Shown here: positions 10,453-20,225 of the stretch, in pieces | How the letters are laid out: each line of letters begins with the position of its first letter | How positions within the stretch are numbered: position 1 is the stretch's first letter | DNA from: Bdellovibrionales bacterium | GTDB taxonomy: Bacteria; Bdellovibrionota; Bdellovibrionia; Bdellovibrionales; UBA1609 | DNA: 64,000 nt | Reading direction: 5' to 3' | Assembly (NCBI GenBank): GCA_050246815.1 | Contig: JBFWVI010000002.1 | Coordinates: 1 to 64,000 of the forward strand | Notes under the pieces: model-generated | Seen by the model: the letters and a program-made list of their open reading frames with translations, nothing else | Database searches by the model: none | Told to the model about the DNA's origin: nothing | Position numbers and translations under genes: made by a program

Positions 10453-10553
10453 TCTGCGATAATAACAAAATCCCTATCGAGTGGTCACGGCTAAATGCTT
10501 GCCAAGGGGGCCGGGATGCTATTTGATGCGACTTCCTAATGAAGGAGTATTTC

Positions 10554-11060
10554 ATGCTTTACGAAATCACGGTGCCCCAATTCATGAAAATGCTGCGCAA
10601 TCTGAACGTCATTTTGGCGAAGGGCGAACAGCACGCACAAGCCAAAAAAATCGATATGAGCGTGCTGTTGAATTCGCGCCTGGCGCCGGATCAGTTTAAC
10701 TTGATTCGCCAAATCCAAATTGCCTGCGACACGGCTAAACTGTGCACCTCGCGCCTGACCGGCAAAGATGCGCCCGTGCACGACGACAATGAAACCACGC
10801 TGGCGCAACTGCAAAAACGCATCAGCGAAGTGATCGATTACATCAGTGGCTTTTCAGCCCAAGATTTCAACGGAGCCGAAGAGAAAAAAATCAGCCAGCC
10901 TCGCTGGGAAGGCAAATATTTGACAGGGTACGAGTACGCCCTTCAACACGCCATTCCCAACTTGTACTTTCATGTCACCACAGCCTATGCGATTTTGCGC
11001 CACAACGGCGTCGATATCGGCAAAAAAGACTATTTGGGTGAGATGCCTTTCAAAAAGTGA
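10554..11060 (+). CDS. DUF1993 family protein (DinB-like fold)
   Basis: RLAPDQF, PNLYFHVTTAYAILRHNGVDIGKKDYLG; AAGGAG RBS upstream of 10554. Confidence 0.92.
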   Translation: MLYEITVPQFMKMLRNLNVILAKGEQHAQAKKIDMSVLLNSRLAPDQFNLIRQIQIACDTAKLCTSRLTGKDAPVHDDNETTLAQLQKRISEVIDYISGFSAQDFNGAEEKKISQPRWEGKYLTGYEYALQHAIPNLYFHVTTAYAILRHNGVDIGKKDYLGEMPFKK

Positions 11061-11063
11061 TTT

Positions 11064-11747
11064 TTAAAAGCCGAAGAGCAGGGCGAAGTAATAAGTTTCA
11101 GACGAGTAGCGCAGGGTGCGATCGGCCAGTGTGGGCAGCTTTTTGGTTTTGTACCACGATTGGCGTGCGGCCAGCTTCACTCCGAATTTGTCTGAAAACA
11201 TGGCTTCGAGACCGGCTTCGCCGTAGTAGCCCGCGCCCATGACCACGTCTTTGCTTTTGTAGTCCGAACCTTGGGCTGCGATCACGTCGATTTTTGAGGT
11301 ATATGAAATTTGTTGATAGCCACCCAGGCCGCCGCCTTCGATGTAGGGGCGAAACCAATAATCGTCGATCAGTTTAAACTTTAAGCCCAGGCTTAAGTCC
11401 GTCACGGTGGCTTTAAACTTCACGTCGCTGGCGGTGTACGTGGTGCTGGACGACAAATTGGTATAGCTGTAATTGGCCACGCCCTCGGCGCTCATGTAAC
11501 TTAGGGCCAGGGTCAAATAAAAGTGCGCGCCGAAAGCACGCTCAATCGCGGCGGTAAAAAAAGCGCCACGATCCAAAGTAAAATCCGAGCGGGGCGATTC
11601 GATATTGAAGTCTGCAAATCCTGCACCCACACTTCCTTGCAGTCCCAAGTTTCCCGAGGTCGGCAAAGAGGGAATGCCTCTGACCTGAGCGACGGCGGAC
11701 TCAAAAGAGAAGAGCACAAACAGCATGAAAAAAAATTTCGATCTCAT
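11064..11747 (-). CDS. Outer-membrane beta-barrel protein (OmpA/OmpW-like, probably 8-stranded)
   Basis: Signal peptide ending AVA; RPYIEGGGLG strand; terminal LLFGF. Start moved to M19. Confidence 0.7.
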   Translation of the reverse strand: MRSKFFFMLFVLFSFESAVAQVRGIPSLPTSGNLGLQGSVGAGFADFNIESPRSDFTLDRGAFFTAAIERAFGAHFYLTLALSYMSAEGVANYSYTNLSSSTTYTASDVKFKATVTDLSLGLKFKLIDDYWFRPYIEGGGLGGYQQISYTSKIDVIAAQGSDYKSKDVVMGAGYYGEAGLEAMFSDKFGVKLAARQSWYKTKKLPTLADRTLRYSSETYYFALLFGF

Positions 11748-11833
11748 AATGATTTTATCGGCGAATGTTCGACAAGGCCTAAGGCCGCAATGCATTTCCA
11801 TGCCGAAGCCCAGCTGGACTTAAGGGGGGGGCT

Positions 11834-13705
11834 TTAAAAGAAAAATGCTCCGCCAACACGCAAAAGGGTTTCGGAACGACCTTGTTGCCAATCGTCCCAG
11901 CCCCCCTTTACAAACAGGTCACGATTTTTTTGCCAATGATAGGTCATCTGGGCCGACAGCTGGTGCGCGGCCTGCCTGCGCCACCAGTGCAAATTGTGCT
12001 CAAGCCAAATGTTCAGATATTTGACCGGCAACTTCGCCCCCAGCAAAACACCGGGCGCGATCAAGCCCTGAGCTGTTTTGTCGAGCCAAGTCTGCGCTTG
12101 TAATGAAGCCATGGCGTATGTGCGCACACTTTTGATGTGAGTCGAAACTCCACCAGCGACTGAAAATAGTCCGCGAATTTGCTCTTGGTCGCAGAGCAGA
12201 CAAGAGTTGGCCGCACGAATGTCAAACTGCCACGAGGGACGGGGGATCACACCCAGGATATCACTCAGCGAATAAGCGCGGCCCAATAAAAACTCCCACA
12301 GCCAGGTCCCGCGAGTTTCATATTCTAAATTCAGGCCCGCATATTCGATGCGGGCCACATCATCAAAACCGGTTTCATCTTGCCACAACGTATGAGTGCC
12401 GGGGCGGTAAGAAAAACCCAACCCCTCTTGGTGCCCGTGGCGAAGATAATAAGTCTCAAACCAAGAATTACGGTGTCCTTGCAGCGGTGCGGTTAAGGCA
12501 AAGTGCCGGCGAATGGCTTCGTGATCCCAATCTACTTTAGAGGCCGTGGGGATTTGCGCGCGTTTGGAAAAAGCGGCTTCCATTTGTTCGGATTCATCCG
12601 AACTCAGCCGGGTCCTTTTTTTGTAATTGAGGTATGTCCAGTGATCGATCAAAGCATCTAAAATTTCAGGATCTTGAATTTGTTCGACGGTGGACTTTGA
12701 GCCTTTGGCCTTTTGATAAAGTTTTAGCTGCGTGGAAGTCATGTCGTCTAATTTAAGGCTCAGGCGTCGCTCGATTGAAGAGCGGTAGCGCACGCGGCCT
12801 CGAATGTGACCCCGCTCGTCCAGGCGGCGCACGGTTTCGGCGGGCAAGACAACTGTCGGTAAACCAACGGTCAAATTGGATTCAGGCTTGGCCACATCCA
12901 AAAGCTTTAAGACGCGATAAGAGCAATTTTCATCCAGAAAAAAATATTTGAATTCGGAATTGAAGCTTAGCTCCCATAAGTATTTCAAAATCAACTGCAC
13001 TTCGTCGGCTGAATAATCCAGTGGCCATTCCCACAGGTCGCGGCTTTCGGCATTGTTGTACAAACCGACTTTCATGTAATAAGGCTCGATGTCGTAAAAC
13101 CCAGGGTAGCGACCGGTGAGGCCTTTAACCGAATAAACCAACTTGCTGTCGCGGGGATCCGGGTTGGCTAAAAATCCCACCGAGTAACTGAGTAGATCTT
13201 GCCCCGCACGTCCGGCCGATTGTTGGTTTTGCCCGTAAAAACGCAAGAATGTGTGACCTAAAATTGAGGCCGGGTTGCCGCTGTAGGCCCCGGCGTAGAC
13301 AATGCTGACCCGATCGGCTTGAATGCGGCCCAGCCAATCTTGCAGATCCGGGCAGGCCACATCCGGAAACTTCTCATTCAGCAACCGCTCTAAAATCACT
13401 TTGCGTGCGGGGAAGGCGCAGGCCGCTGGCAATTTCATCAAGCCATGTGGCAGATCGACGCGAGCAAAGGCTCGACGGGCCGCCGCCAGTTCGGCCGCTG
13501 GAGACGTGCGTCCCTGTGGCGAAAAGAAAAATGTTGCCACTTGCACATCGCTCTGGTGGCCGTTCCAAGTTTTTTTGTATTGGTAAAGATTCAGCCAAGA
13601 GCGCGAGTGAGCCACAGGGTCGGCTGACGCGATCGACATTAAAAACACGACCGCGGCCAGCCCGAAGAGACTTAAGTAATGAAATGAATTTCTAGCCAAC
13701 CCCAA
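11834..13705 (-). CDS. DUF4105 (Lnb N-terminal-like) domain protein with beta-rich C-terminus
   Basis: FFFSPQG, CAFPAR, PASILGHTFLR, ESRDLWEW, YFFLDENCSY motifs; C-terminal aromatic strands ending GGAFFF. Confidence 0.88.
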   Translation of the reverse strand: MGLARNSFHYLSLFGLAAVVFLMSIASADPVAHSRSWLNLYQYKKTWNGHQSDVQVATFFFSPQGRTSPAAELAAARRAFARVDLPHGLMKLPAACAFPARKVILERLLNEKFPDVACPDLQDWLGRIQADRVSIVYAGAYSGNPASILGHTFLRFYGQNQQSAGRAGQDLLSYSVGFLANPDPRDSKLVYSVKGLTGRYPGFYDIEPYYMKVGLYNNAESRDLWEWPLDYSADEVQLILKYLWELSFNSEFKYFFLDENCSYRVLKLLDVAKPESNLTVGLPTVVLPAETVRRLDERGHIRGRVRYRSSIERRLSLKLDDMTSTQLKLYQKAKGSKSTVEQIQDPEILDALIDHWTYLNYKKRTRLSSDESEQMEAAFSKRAQIPTASKVDWDHEAIRRHFALTAPLQGHRNSWFETYYLRHGHQEGLGFSYRPGTHTLWQDETGFDDVARIEYAGLNLEYETRGTWLWEFLLGRAYSLSDILGVIPRPSWQFDIRAANSCLLCDQEQIRGLFSVAGGVSTHIKSVRTYAMASLQAQTWLDKTAQGLIAPGVLLGAKLPVKYLNIWLEHNLHWWRRQAAHQLSAQMTYHWQKNRDLFVKGGWDDWQQGRSETLLRVGGAFFF

Positions 13706-14186
13706 GCGAGCATTGTGCCGTCAACTCGCGATCTTGCAAAATGATTTTGTAAACTTCCAGCAGAACTTTTTCAGGCTGAGCCGCACCCTTGGTGTAAACC
13801 GTTTCGTACTCCTGTTTCATTTTGTTGTTGAAGCGGTTTTGCGCTTGGCTGGGGCAGCCGATGGTTTGCGCGAAGGCCGACAGGTATTCGCCCTGACCAC
13901 GTACCATTTCGCCTTTGATTTCGTAGTAGTTCATGGTGGCGAAGTGCAGACTTTCTTTTTCTTTGGTGACGATTTTATGTTTGGTGCAATTCGACGTTCC
14001 AACTGTCATGCCGATGGTCATGGTGGGAAACAACATACCGTTGGTGGTTGAACGAAGGGCCGAAGAAAGCAGGGAATTTTCTTTGAAGACATACCAGCCG
14101 GGACCGCAACCCGAACTGCCATCCGTGGCCAAAGCTTGCAAAGAAAATAGGCCGGTAATCAAAAATGTCGCTACAAAAGTTCTCAT
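13692..14186 (-). CDS. DUF3015 family secreted protein
   Basis: GCGPG, GMTVGTSNC, GQGEYLSAFAQTIGC; GGAGG RBS; typically found next to DUF4105. Confidence 0.88.
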   Translation of the reverse strand: MRTFVATFLITGLFSLQALATDGSSGCGPGWYVFKENSLLSSALRSTTNGMLFPTMTIGMTVGTSNCTKHKIVTKEKESLHFATMNYYEIKGEMVRGQGEYLSAFAQTIGCPSQAQNRFNNKMKQEYETVYTKGAAQPEKVLLEVYKIILQDRELTAQCSLGVG

Positions 14187-14418
14187 GAATCCTCCAAGTT
14201 GCTGAGACCTCAATTACACTAAGATTAGGTATAGACGGCAAGACCAGTCCCGACCGACTTGACCTGGGACTTGCGCCACGCGGCATGGGCTCTGTTCTTG
14301 ACGAATTCAGGTCCAGATGAGCAGTTTACACCCAAACGACTTTGGGGGGATTTTGATGTCGCTAGGTTTTGAGTCATCGAGTTTTGACCCGCGTGCAAAT
14401 TTGGGTTTCACTGGGGCC

Positions 14419-15492
14419 ATGTTGAAGATCGAACGTACGCTTTGCAAATCCCTCAAGCCTTTGCCGGCCGCCAAAGACCTGCATTTCGGTCGCCACTTCA
14501 CCGACCACTGGTTTTTTAGCAAGTTTAGCGAAGAACGGGGTTGGTTCGAGGCTAAAATCGAACCCTATGGTGGCTTAACCCTAGACCCTGCAGCCTCGGT
14601 TTTACACTACGGCCAAGCTTTGTTTGAGGGGATGAAGGCCTTTTCGCAGGTGGATGGCTCGATCAAGTTGTTCCGCCCGCAGTTCAATTATCGTCGTTTG
14701 AAGGCGGGGGCCGAGCGTTTGTGTTTGATTCCGCCGCCTGAAGATTTGTTTATGAGGTCTTTAAGCCAGCTGGTGGCAACGGACGCGCGCTGGATTCCGA
14801 GTGAAGAAGGCTGCGCCCTTTACATTCGTCCCACCCTGATCGGCACCGAAGCTTTTTTAGGAGTGCGACCGTCGCGTGAAATTCTTTATTATGTCTTGTT
14901 GTCGCCGGTGGGTGCCTATTATTCGTCGAAAAATCCCACGCTTAAAATCTGGGTCGAAGATAAAGCGCTGCGCGCCGCACCCGGTGGCTTAGGGGATGTG
15001 AAAGCCAGCGCCAACTATGCCGCAAGCCTTCAGGCCGCACAAAGAGCGAAAGCCAAAGGTTTTGATCAGGTGTTGTGGTTGGACATGCACCACGAAGGCA
15101 TCGAAGAAGTGGGCACCATGAATGTCTTTTGGGTTTTCAAAGACGAAGTGGTCACGCCGGCTTTAAACGGCAGCATTTTGCCCGGCAATACCCGTGACGC
15201 TGTTTTGCAGTTATTGCGCCACCAAGGGCACAAAGTCTCTGAGCGACGTATCACCATGAAAGAGTTGATGGAGCGTCATCAAGCCGGCGAGCTGCTGGAG
15301 GCTTTTGGTACGGGCACGGCCGCGGTGATTTCGCCGATGGGCGAAATTTGCTATCAGGGCAAATCTCACCTGATCAACAGAGCACAAGTGGGACCTTTAA
15401 GCCAAAAGCTGCATCAAACCATTCGCGACATCCAGGTGGGGCGCTTGCCGGACCCCTTTGGTTGGATGAACGCACTGGGCGCGGAAGCTTAA
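14419..15492 (+). CDS. ilvE: Branched-chain amino acid aminotransferase
   Basis: LHYGQALFEGMKA, LYIRP, KASANYA (PLP Lys), EEVGTMN, ILPG, EAFGTGTAAVISP. Start moved to M35. Confidence 0.95.
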   Translation: MLKIERTLCKSLKPLPAAKDLHFGRHFTDHWFFSKFSEERGWFEAKIEPYGGLTLDPAASVLHYGQALFEGMKAFSQVDGSIKLFRPQFNYRRLKAGAERLCLIPPPEDLFMRSLSQLVATDARWIPSEEGCALYIRPTLIGTEAFLGVRPSREILYYVLLSPVGAYYSSKNPTLKIWVEDKALRAAPGGLGDVKASANYAASLQAAQRAKAKGFDQVLWLDMHHEGIEEVGTMNVFWVFKDEVVTPALNGSILPGNTRDAVLQLLRHQGHKVSERRITMKELMERHQAGELLEAFGTGTAAVISPMGEICYQGKSHLINRAQVGPLSQKLHQTIRDIQVGRLPDPFGWMNALGAEA

Positions 15493-16316
15493 AAATTCAA
15501 ATTTTCGATTTTTGAAATCTCGTCGGGGCTGAGTTCAAAGTCTTCAACGCTTAAGTCTTGCTTCATATGTTGGGGGTTGCTGGTGCCGGTCAGGCAGATC
15601 ATTCCAAGATGGCGGCAAAAGCGAAACACAATCTGCGGTACGGTCTTGCCGTACTTGTCGGCCAGATCTTCCACGGCCGGGTCGGCCAGCTCCATGCGGT
15701 TGGCGGTCAGCAGTGAAAAGCCCTGGTACTGAAGGCCTTGGGCTTTACAAATCTCGCGCACCTGCTTATCCCAACCCATTTTGGCAAAACAGCGATTTTG
15801 CACAAACGACGGTTTCACGTTCACTTTTGCGCAAAGCTCGATCAGCTGTTTGGCGCTGACGTTTGAAATACCCAAGTGATGAACCTTTTTTTGCTGGTGC
15901 AACTGTTCCATGGCCGCCCAGGTTTCCAGGTCTGCCGGCTGAATGCCCGAGGCCTTGTAAGGGCCGTGTAGCACATAAGAATCCAGATAATCCGTGTGCA
16001 AATGTTCAAGCGAGCTTTTAAATGAATCCGCCACTTGCTTAGTGAACGGGTCGTCTTCGTTGTAGGGCTTGCGGTGGTCTTGACCGCCAGCATAAGTGAA
16101 CTTGGTCTGTAAAAACAGATCTTCGCGGCGTTTTGAGCCCTGGGCCAGAAATTGTTTTAAACCCTCACCTACGGCCTGTTCATAATAGTGTTTGCGCTGA
16201 TTGGCGGTGTCGACGGCGGTGAATCCGGCCTCAAGGGCCTGCAAAGTCAAGGCGGCGGTTTTCTCCTCTTTCCAAGCCGTTCCATAGAAAAAGCCCGGCG
16301 CCTTCAACTGACCCAT
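15489..16316 (-). CDS. Aldo/keto reductase
   Basis: YGTAW, DTAN..HYYE, LQTKF, YLDSYVLHGP, LGISN. Confidence 0.92.
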   Translation of the reverse strand: MGQLKAPGFFYGTAWKEEKTAALTLQALEAGFTAVDTANQRKHYYEQAVGEGLKQFLAQGSKRREDLFLQTKFTYAGGQDHRKPYNEDDPFTKQVADSFKSSLEHLHTDYLDSYVLHGPYKASGIQPADLETWAAMEQLHQQKKVHHLGISNVSAKQLIELCAKVNVKPSFVQNRCFAKMGWDKQVREICKAQGLQYQGFSLLTANRMELADPAVEDLADKYGKTVPQIVFRFCRHLGMICLTGTSNPQHMKQDLSVEDFELSPDEISKIENLNF

Positions 16317-16366
16317 GGGTCACCCTCCCGTTGCATTTCTTTATCAGATACCATAGCTTGACCGCC

Positions 16367-18178
16367 ATGGCAGCTCCTTTGAATCTGCTCCAATTGACCA
16401 ATGGCGCAAAGGCTTTTGGCGGGCAGAAACTTTTTGAAGATGCGGTGTTTGCGGTCAACGAAGGCGAACATATCGGCGTGATCGGCCCCAACGGTGCGGG
16501 TAAGACCACATTGTTTAAAATTCTGATTCAAGAGCAAGAGCTGGATGCGGGGACGATCACCCGTGCGCAGTCGCTGCGCCTGGGTTATTTGTCGCAACAC
16601 GACAACTGGAGTGCCGAAGAAACCGGCAATCAATATTTAGAGCGGGTGTCGCGCTTGCCACTTTGGCAGGTCAAATCTATGGGGCGCGACTTACAGGTCA
16701 GTGAAGAGGTGTTGAATAGACCCATCGTCTCTTTAAGCGGGGGCTACCGCATGCGCATCAAACTGATCGGTTTGCTGGGCTTGGATCCCAACCTCATGTT
16801 GCTGGATGAACCCACCAACTATTTGGATTTAGAGACCACGCTTTTGCTTGAGCGCTTTTTGCAAAATTACGATGGCGCGTTCTTACTGATCTCGCACGAC
16901 CGGGAATTTTTACGGCGTACCACCGATCACATTGTCGAGGTTGAAGCGGGTGAGATCACTAAATACAACGGCAATATCGACGACTATTTCGAGCAAAAAG
17001 AGCTGCTTCGCTCTCAACTTCAAGCCGCGGCTCAAAACCAGGCCGAAAAACGCAAAGCCGTTTTGGAGTTCGTCAATCGCTTCGGCGCCAAGGCCACCAA
17101 AGCCAAACAAGCGCAAAGCCGCATGAAGGCTTTAGAAAAAATGGAAGTCATTGAGTTTAAACCCGTACCTGGCACGGCGGTGATCCAAATCCCTCAGCCC
17201 ACTCATGTGGGTAAGTCGGTGATGATCTTGAACAGTGCCGAATTCGGTTATGGTAGCAAAAAAGTTTTGCGAGATGTTTCGATGGACATTCGCCGCGGTG
17301 ATCATGTGGCCGTGGTGGGTTTGAACGGTGCCGGCAAGTCGACGCTTTTAAAGGGTTTGGCCGGAACGTTGGTGCCCTTAAGCGGCTCGCGCGAACTGGG
17401 CTATCAAGTCGAAATCGCCATTTTCAATCAACATGTGGTGGAAGTTTTAAATCCCGAACACACGGTCTATGAATCGCTGGAAGACGGGGCCAGCCCCAGC
17501 GTGACGCCCCAAGAGATTCGCAATATGGCGGGCTCGCTTTTGTTTTCGTCGGACCACATTTCGAAAAAGGTGCGTGTGTTGTCAGGCGGCGAAAAATCGC
17601 GGGTGGCGCTGGGGCGTATCTTGCTGCGCAAAGTGCCTTGTCTGCTTTTGGACGAGCCCACCAACCATTTAGATTTTCAAACGGTCGAAGCCCTGACCGA
17701 GGCCTTGAAACGCTTTTCTGGCACGTTGGTGGTGGTCAGTCATGATCGCGGTTTCATCCGAAGGGTGGCGAATAAAATTTTAGAGGTACGCCACGGCGAA
17801 GTGCTGCTTTACCCCGGCAATTACGATGAATACGTCTGGAGTCTGCAAAAAAGATTGGCCGCCGGAGAGGTCGCCGACGAAGAGAACGCTTTAGAAGGAA
17901 AAGCGGCATTGCCCAAAGCGGCCGGCGTTTTAAACAAAGAGCGCACGCGCCAACTGCGCTTGCTTGAAAAAAAGATCGCGACCTGCGAGCAGGCCATCGA
18001 AAAGTTAGAAAAGGCCAACTTTCAGGCCAATGAAAAAATCATCGCCGGCGAAGGCCCCAGCACCCAGTGGGTACAGCAGATGTCCGAAAACACCCTTAAA
18101 CTTGAGCAACTTGAAGCAGAGTGGCTGGAGTTGGCTTCGCAAAAAGAAGAGTTTAATAAAGAAAGATGGGGCTCATGA
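16367..18178 (+). CDS. ABC-F family ATP-binding translation factor
   Basis: Two ABC domains (GPNGAGKTT/LSGG/LDEPTN; GLNGAGKST/LSGGEK/LDEPTN), no TM segments, C-terminal coiled coil. Start moved to M13. Confidence 0.93.
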   Translation: MAAPLNLLQLTNGAKAFGGQKLFEDAVFAVNEGEHIGVIGPNGAGKTTLFKILIQEQELDAGTITRAQSLRLGYLSQHDNWSAEETGNQYLERVSRLPLWQVKSMGRDLQVSEEVLNRPIVSLSGGYRMRIKLIGLLGLDPNLMLLDEPTNYLDLETTLLLERFLQNYDGAFLLISHDREFLRRTTDHIVEVEAGEITKYNGNIDDYFEQKELLRSQLQAAAQNQAEKRKAVLEFVNRFGAKATKAKQAQSRMKALEKMEVIEFKPVPGTAVIQIPQPTHVGKSVMILNSAEFGYGSKKVLRDVSMDIRRGDHVAVVGLNGAGKSTLLKGLAGTLVPLSGSRELGYQVEIAIFNQHVVEVLNPEHTVYESLEDGASPSVTPQEIRNMAGSLLFSSDHISKKVRVLSGGEKSRVALGRILLRKVPCLLLDEPTNHLDFQTVEALTEALKRFSGTLVVVSHDRGFIRRVANKILEVRHGEVLLYPGNYDEYVWSLQKRLAAGEVADEENALEGKAALPKAAGVLNKERTRQLRLLEKKIATCEQAIEKLEKANFQANEKIIAGEGPSTQWVQQMSENTLKLEQLEAEWLELASQKEEFNKERWGS

Positions 18179-18561
18179 ACAAAGAACAGGCGGATTCCTA
18201 CTTAAAATCACTCGTCAGTGCCTATGTATGGATCGCGAGCTCTGACAATGGGGTCGACGGGCTCGAGTTTCATAAATACGAAAACGCGATCATCGAATCA
18301 CAATACGCGAGCCAATTTAACGTCGAAGATATTCGACGTTATTTCAAGGATATGGTCGCTGCATTTTCTGATGACTATGATGCGGGGATTCAGCTCACAA
18401 AAGCCAGATTAACTGACCTTCGTGGGCAAATTCACCTGGCGGAAGAGGTCATCAGGATATGTCGCGCCGCCATTGTTGGTGACGGAAAAATTGAAGACCC
18501 AGAGGAGTTGGTGCTAACAGAAATTGCAAAGGCCGTAGGCATTAAGCACGACGCCTTGTGA
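18166..18561 (+). CDS. TerB family (tellurite resistance-like) protein
   Basis: Paired A.SD.GVD..E and VGDGKIEDPE metal-binding motifs. Confidence 0.8.
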   Translation: MGLMNKEQADSYLKSLVSAYVWIASSDNGVDGLEFHKYENAIIESQYASQFNVEDIRRYFKDMVAAFSDDYDAGIQLTKARLTDLRGQIHLAEEVIRICRAAIVGDGKIEDPEELVLTEIAKAVGIKHDAL

Positions 18562-18578
18562 ACTCTGTTCAAATACGC

Positions 18579-20081
18579 TTACCACTCGGGATGTTGCCGC
18601 TCGGACTGATCACCGCGTTTTTTCATGTGACGGTGATGGCGTTGTTTGTGGCGGCCGTGGCCGCGGTCTTCGCGTTGGGCACCGCGGTCGCGACGGTCGC
18701 CGTGGCGACGTCCGCCGCCGGCATGTCGTTGGCCTTCAGCTTTTGGCGGGGGCGGTGCGGTCAACAACGGTTTAGACTTTTCGCGATCTTCAAAGATCTC
18801 AGGCGAGGTTAAGGTCAAAAAACGCCCGACAATTTCTTCTGGCGTCATATTGGCCAGGGCGGCCTTCCATTCGTCGTTTAAAAGTTCCATGGCACGGGCG
18901 TAGAATTTTTGCGATTGAAACTGCGCCAGCACCTTGCTGATTTTTTTGCTGCCCACGTCGCGGCGGGTGGGGATTTTGCATTCGACGATTTTGCTTTTGG
19001 TCATCTTTTCGATGCGACCGATCAGACTGCGGTGGGTGGGCGTGACCAGACTGATGGCCTTGCCACCTTTGCCGCCACGGGCGGTGCGACCGATGCGGTG
19101 AACATAAATGTCCAACTCGCGCGGGATCGAATAGTTAATCACATGGGTGACGTCTTTCACGTCCAGGCCACGCGAGGCCACGTCCGTGCAGATCAAAATG
19201 CGCACGCGTTTGTCGCGAAAGGCTTGCATGGTTTTTTCGCGGGCTTTCTGGTCTTTGTCGCCGTGTAGGCTGTCGACTTTATGGCCGCGCTCGGTTAGGT
19301 AATGAGTCAGGTCGGTGACCAGCAATTTGGTTTGACAAAAAATCAAGCCGTAAAAATCATCGGCCAGATCGATCAGCTTACATAAAATTTCGGGTTTGTC
19401 GGATTCGCGCATGCCGTAAAAAGTCTGCTCCACATTGGTCGACAGCACTTCTGTGCGGTTCACCTGCACCTGTTGAGCTTGGCGCAAGTAGGTGTCTGCC
19501 ACGCGGCGCACTTCTTTGCCCATGGTGGCCGAAAACAACCAGATGTTGCGGCTATCGGCATTGGTGGCTTTTAGTACGGCCTCCAAATCTTCTTTAAATC
19601 CCATCGAGATCATCTCGTCGGCTTCGTCTAAAATCAAAGTCTGTACGTTTTCCAGTTTCAAGGTGCCGCGGTTCATGTGGTCGATCAAACGGCCGGGGGT
19701 GCCCACCACCACTTGCGCGCCTTGTTTTAAACCGTGCAGCTGATTGGCGTAATCCGAACCGCCGTAAACCGCGATCGAACGAATGCCTTTGTATTTGCCA
19801 AGCAAGTTGATTTGACCGCTGACTTGCACGGCCAGTTCCCGGGTCGGACACATGATCAAACCCTGCACAAATTTTTTGCTCGGGTTGATTTGCTCAAGCA
19901 GCGGAATGCCAAACGCCGCGGTTTTACCCGTACCGGTTGCGGCAAGCCCGATAAAGTCGGTGCGTTCTCCCATCAAAATCGGCAGGGCTTGTTGTTGAAT
20001 AGGACTTGGGGTCGTGTAGCCCAACTCTTGAATGGCACGTTGAATTGCCGGACTTAAATTTAACTCTGCGAATGACTCCAC
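18579..20081 (-). CDS. DEAD-box ATP-dependent RNA helicase
   Basis: Q motif, ATGTGKT, PTRELA, TPGRL, DEAD, SAT, HRIGRTAR; basic His/Arg-rich tail. Confidence 0.97.
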   Translation of the reverse strand: MESFAELNLSPAIQRAIQELGYTTPSPIQQQALPILMGERTDFIGLAATGTGKTAAFGIPLLEQINPSKKFVQGLIMCPTRELAVQVSGQINLLGKYKGIRSIAVYGGSDYANQLHGLKQGAQVVVGTPGRLIDHMNRGTLKLENVQTLILDEADEMISMGFKEDLEAVLKATNADSRNIWLFSATMGKEVRRVADTYLRQAQQVQVNRTEVLSTNVEQTFYGMRESDKPEILCKLIDLADDFYGLIFCQTKLLVTDLTHYLTERGHKVDSLHGDKDQKAREKTMQAFRDKRVRILICTDVASRGLDVKDVTHVINYSIPRELDIYVHRIGRTARGGKGGKAISLVTPTHRSLIGRIEKMTKSKIVECKIPTRRDVGSKKISKVLAQFQSQKFYARAMELLNDEWKAALANMTPEEIVGRFLTLTSPEIFEDREKSKPLLTAPPPPKAEGQRHAGGGRRHGDRRDRGAQREDRGHGRHKQRHHRHMKKRGDQSERQHPEW

Positions 20082-20225
20082 GAACCCACCTGTTTTGGTA
20101 ATTTATTAAGGAGGTTCGCAACTTAACACATTGCATTGCCAAATCCTATGCTTGATGGAAAATTAAAATATCCGCCTCCAAATCGAATATATCGCAATTG
20201 GTACAGCCAAGAAGGGTGGAAAACC

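Noticed and set aside
14214..14418. Riboswitch, T-box or attenuator upstream of ilvE
   Set aside because: Only a short AGTCCC/GGGACT stem; no T-box motif, leader peptide or terminator recognised.
18166..18561. Tellurite resistance or anti-phage ter island
   Set aside because: Single terB-like gene with no terA/C/D/Z neighbours.
20082..20225. Thermosensor leader of the DEAD-box helicase
   Set aside because: Only 5-bp complementarities (GGAGG/CCTCC); too weak to support by eye.
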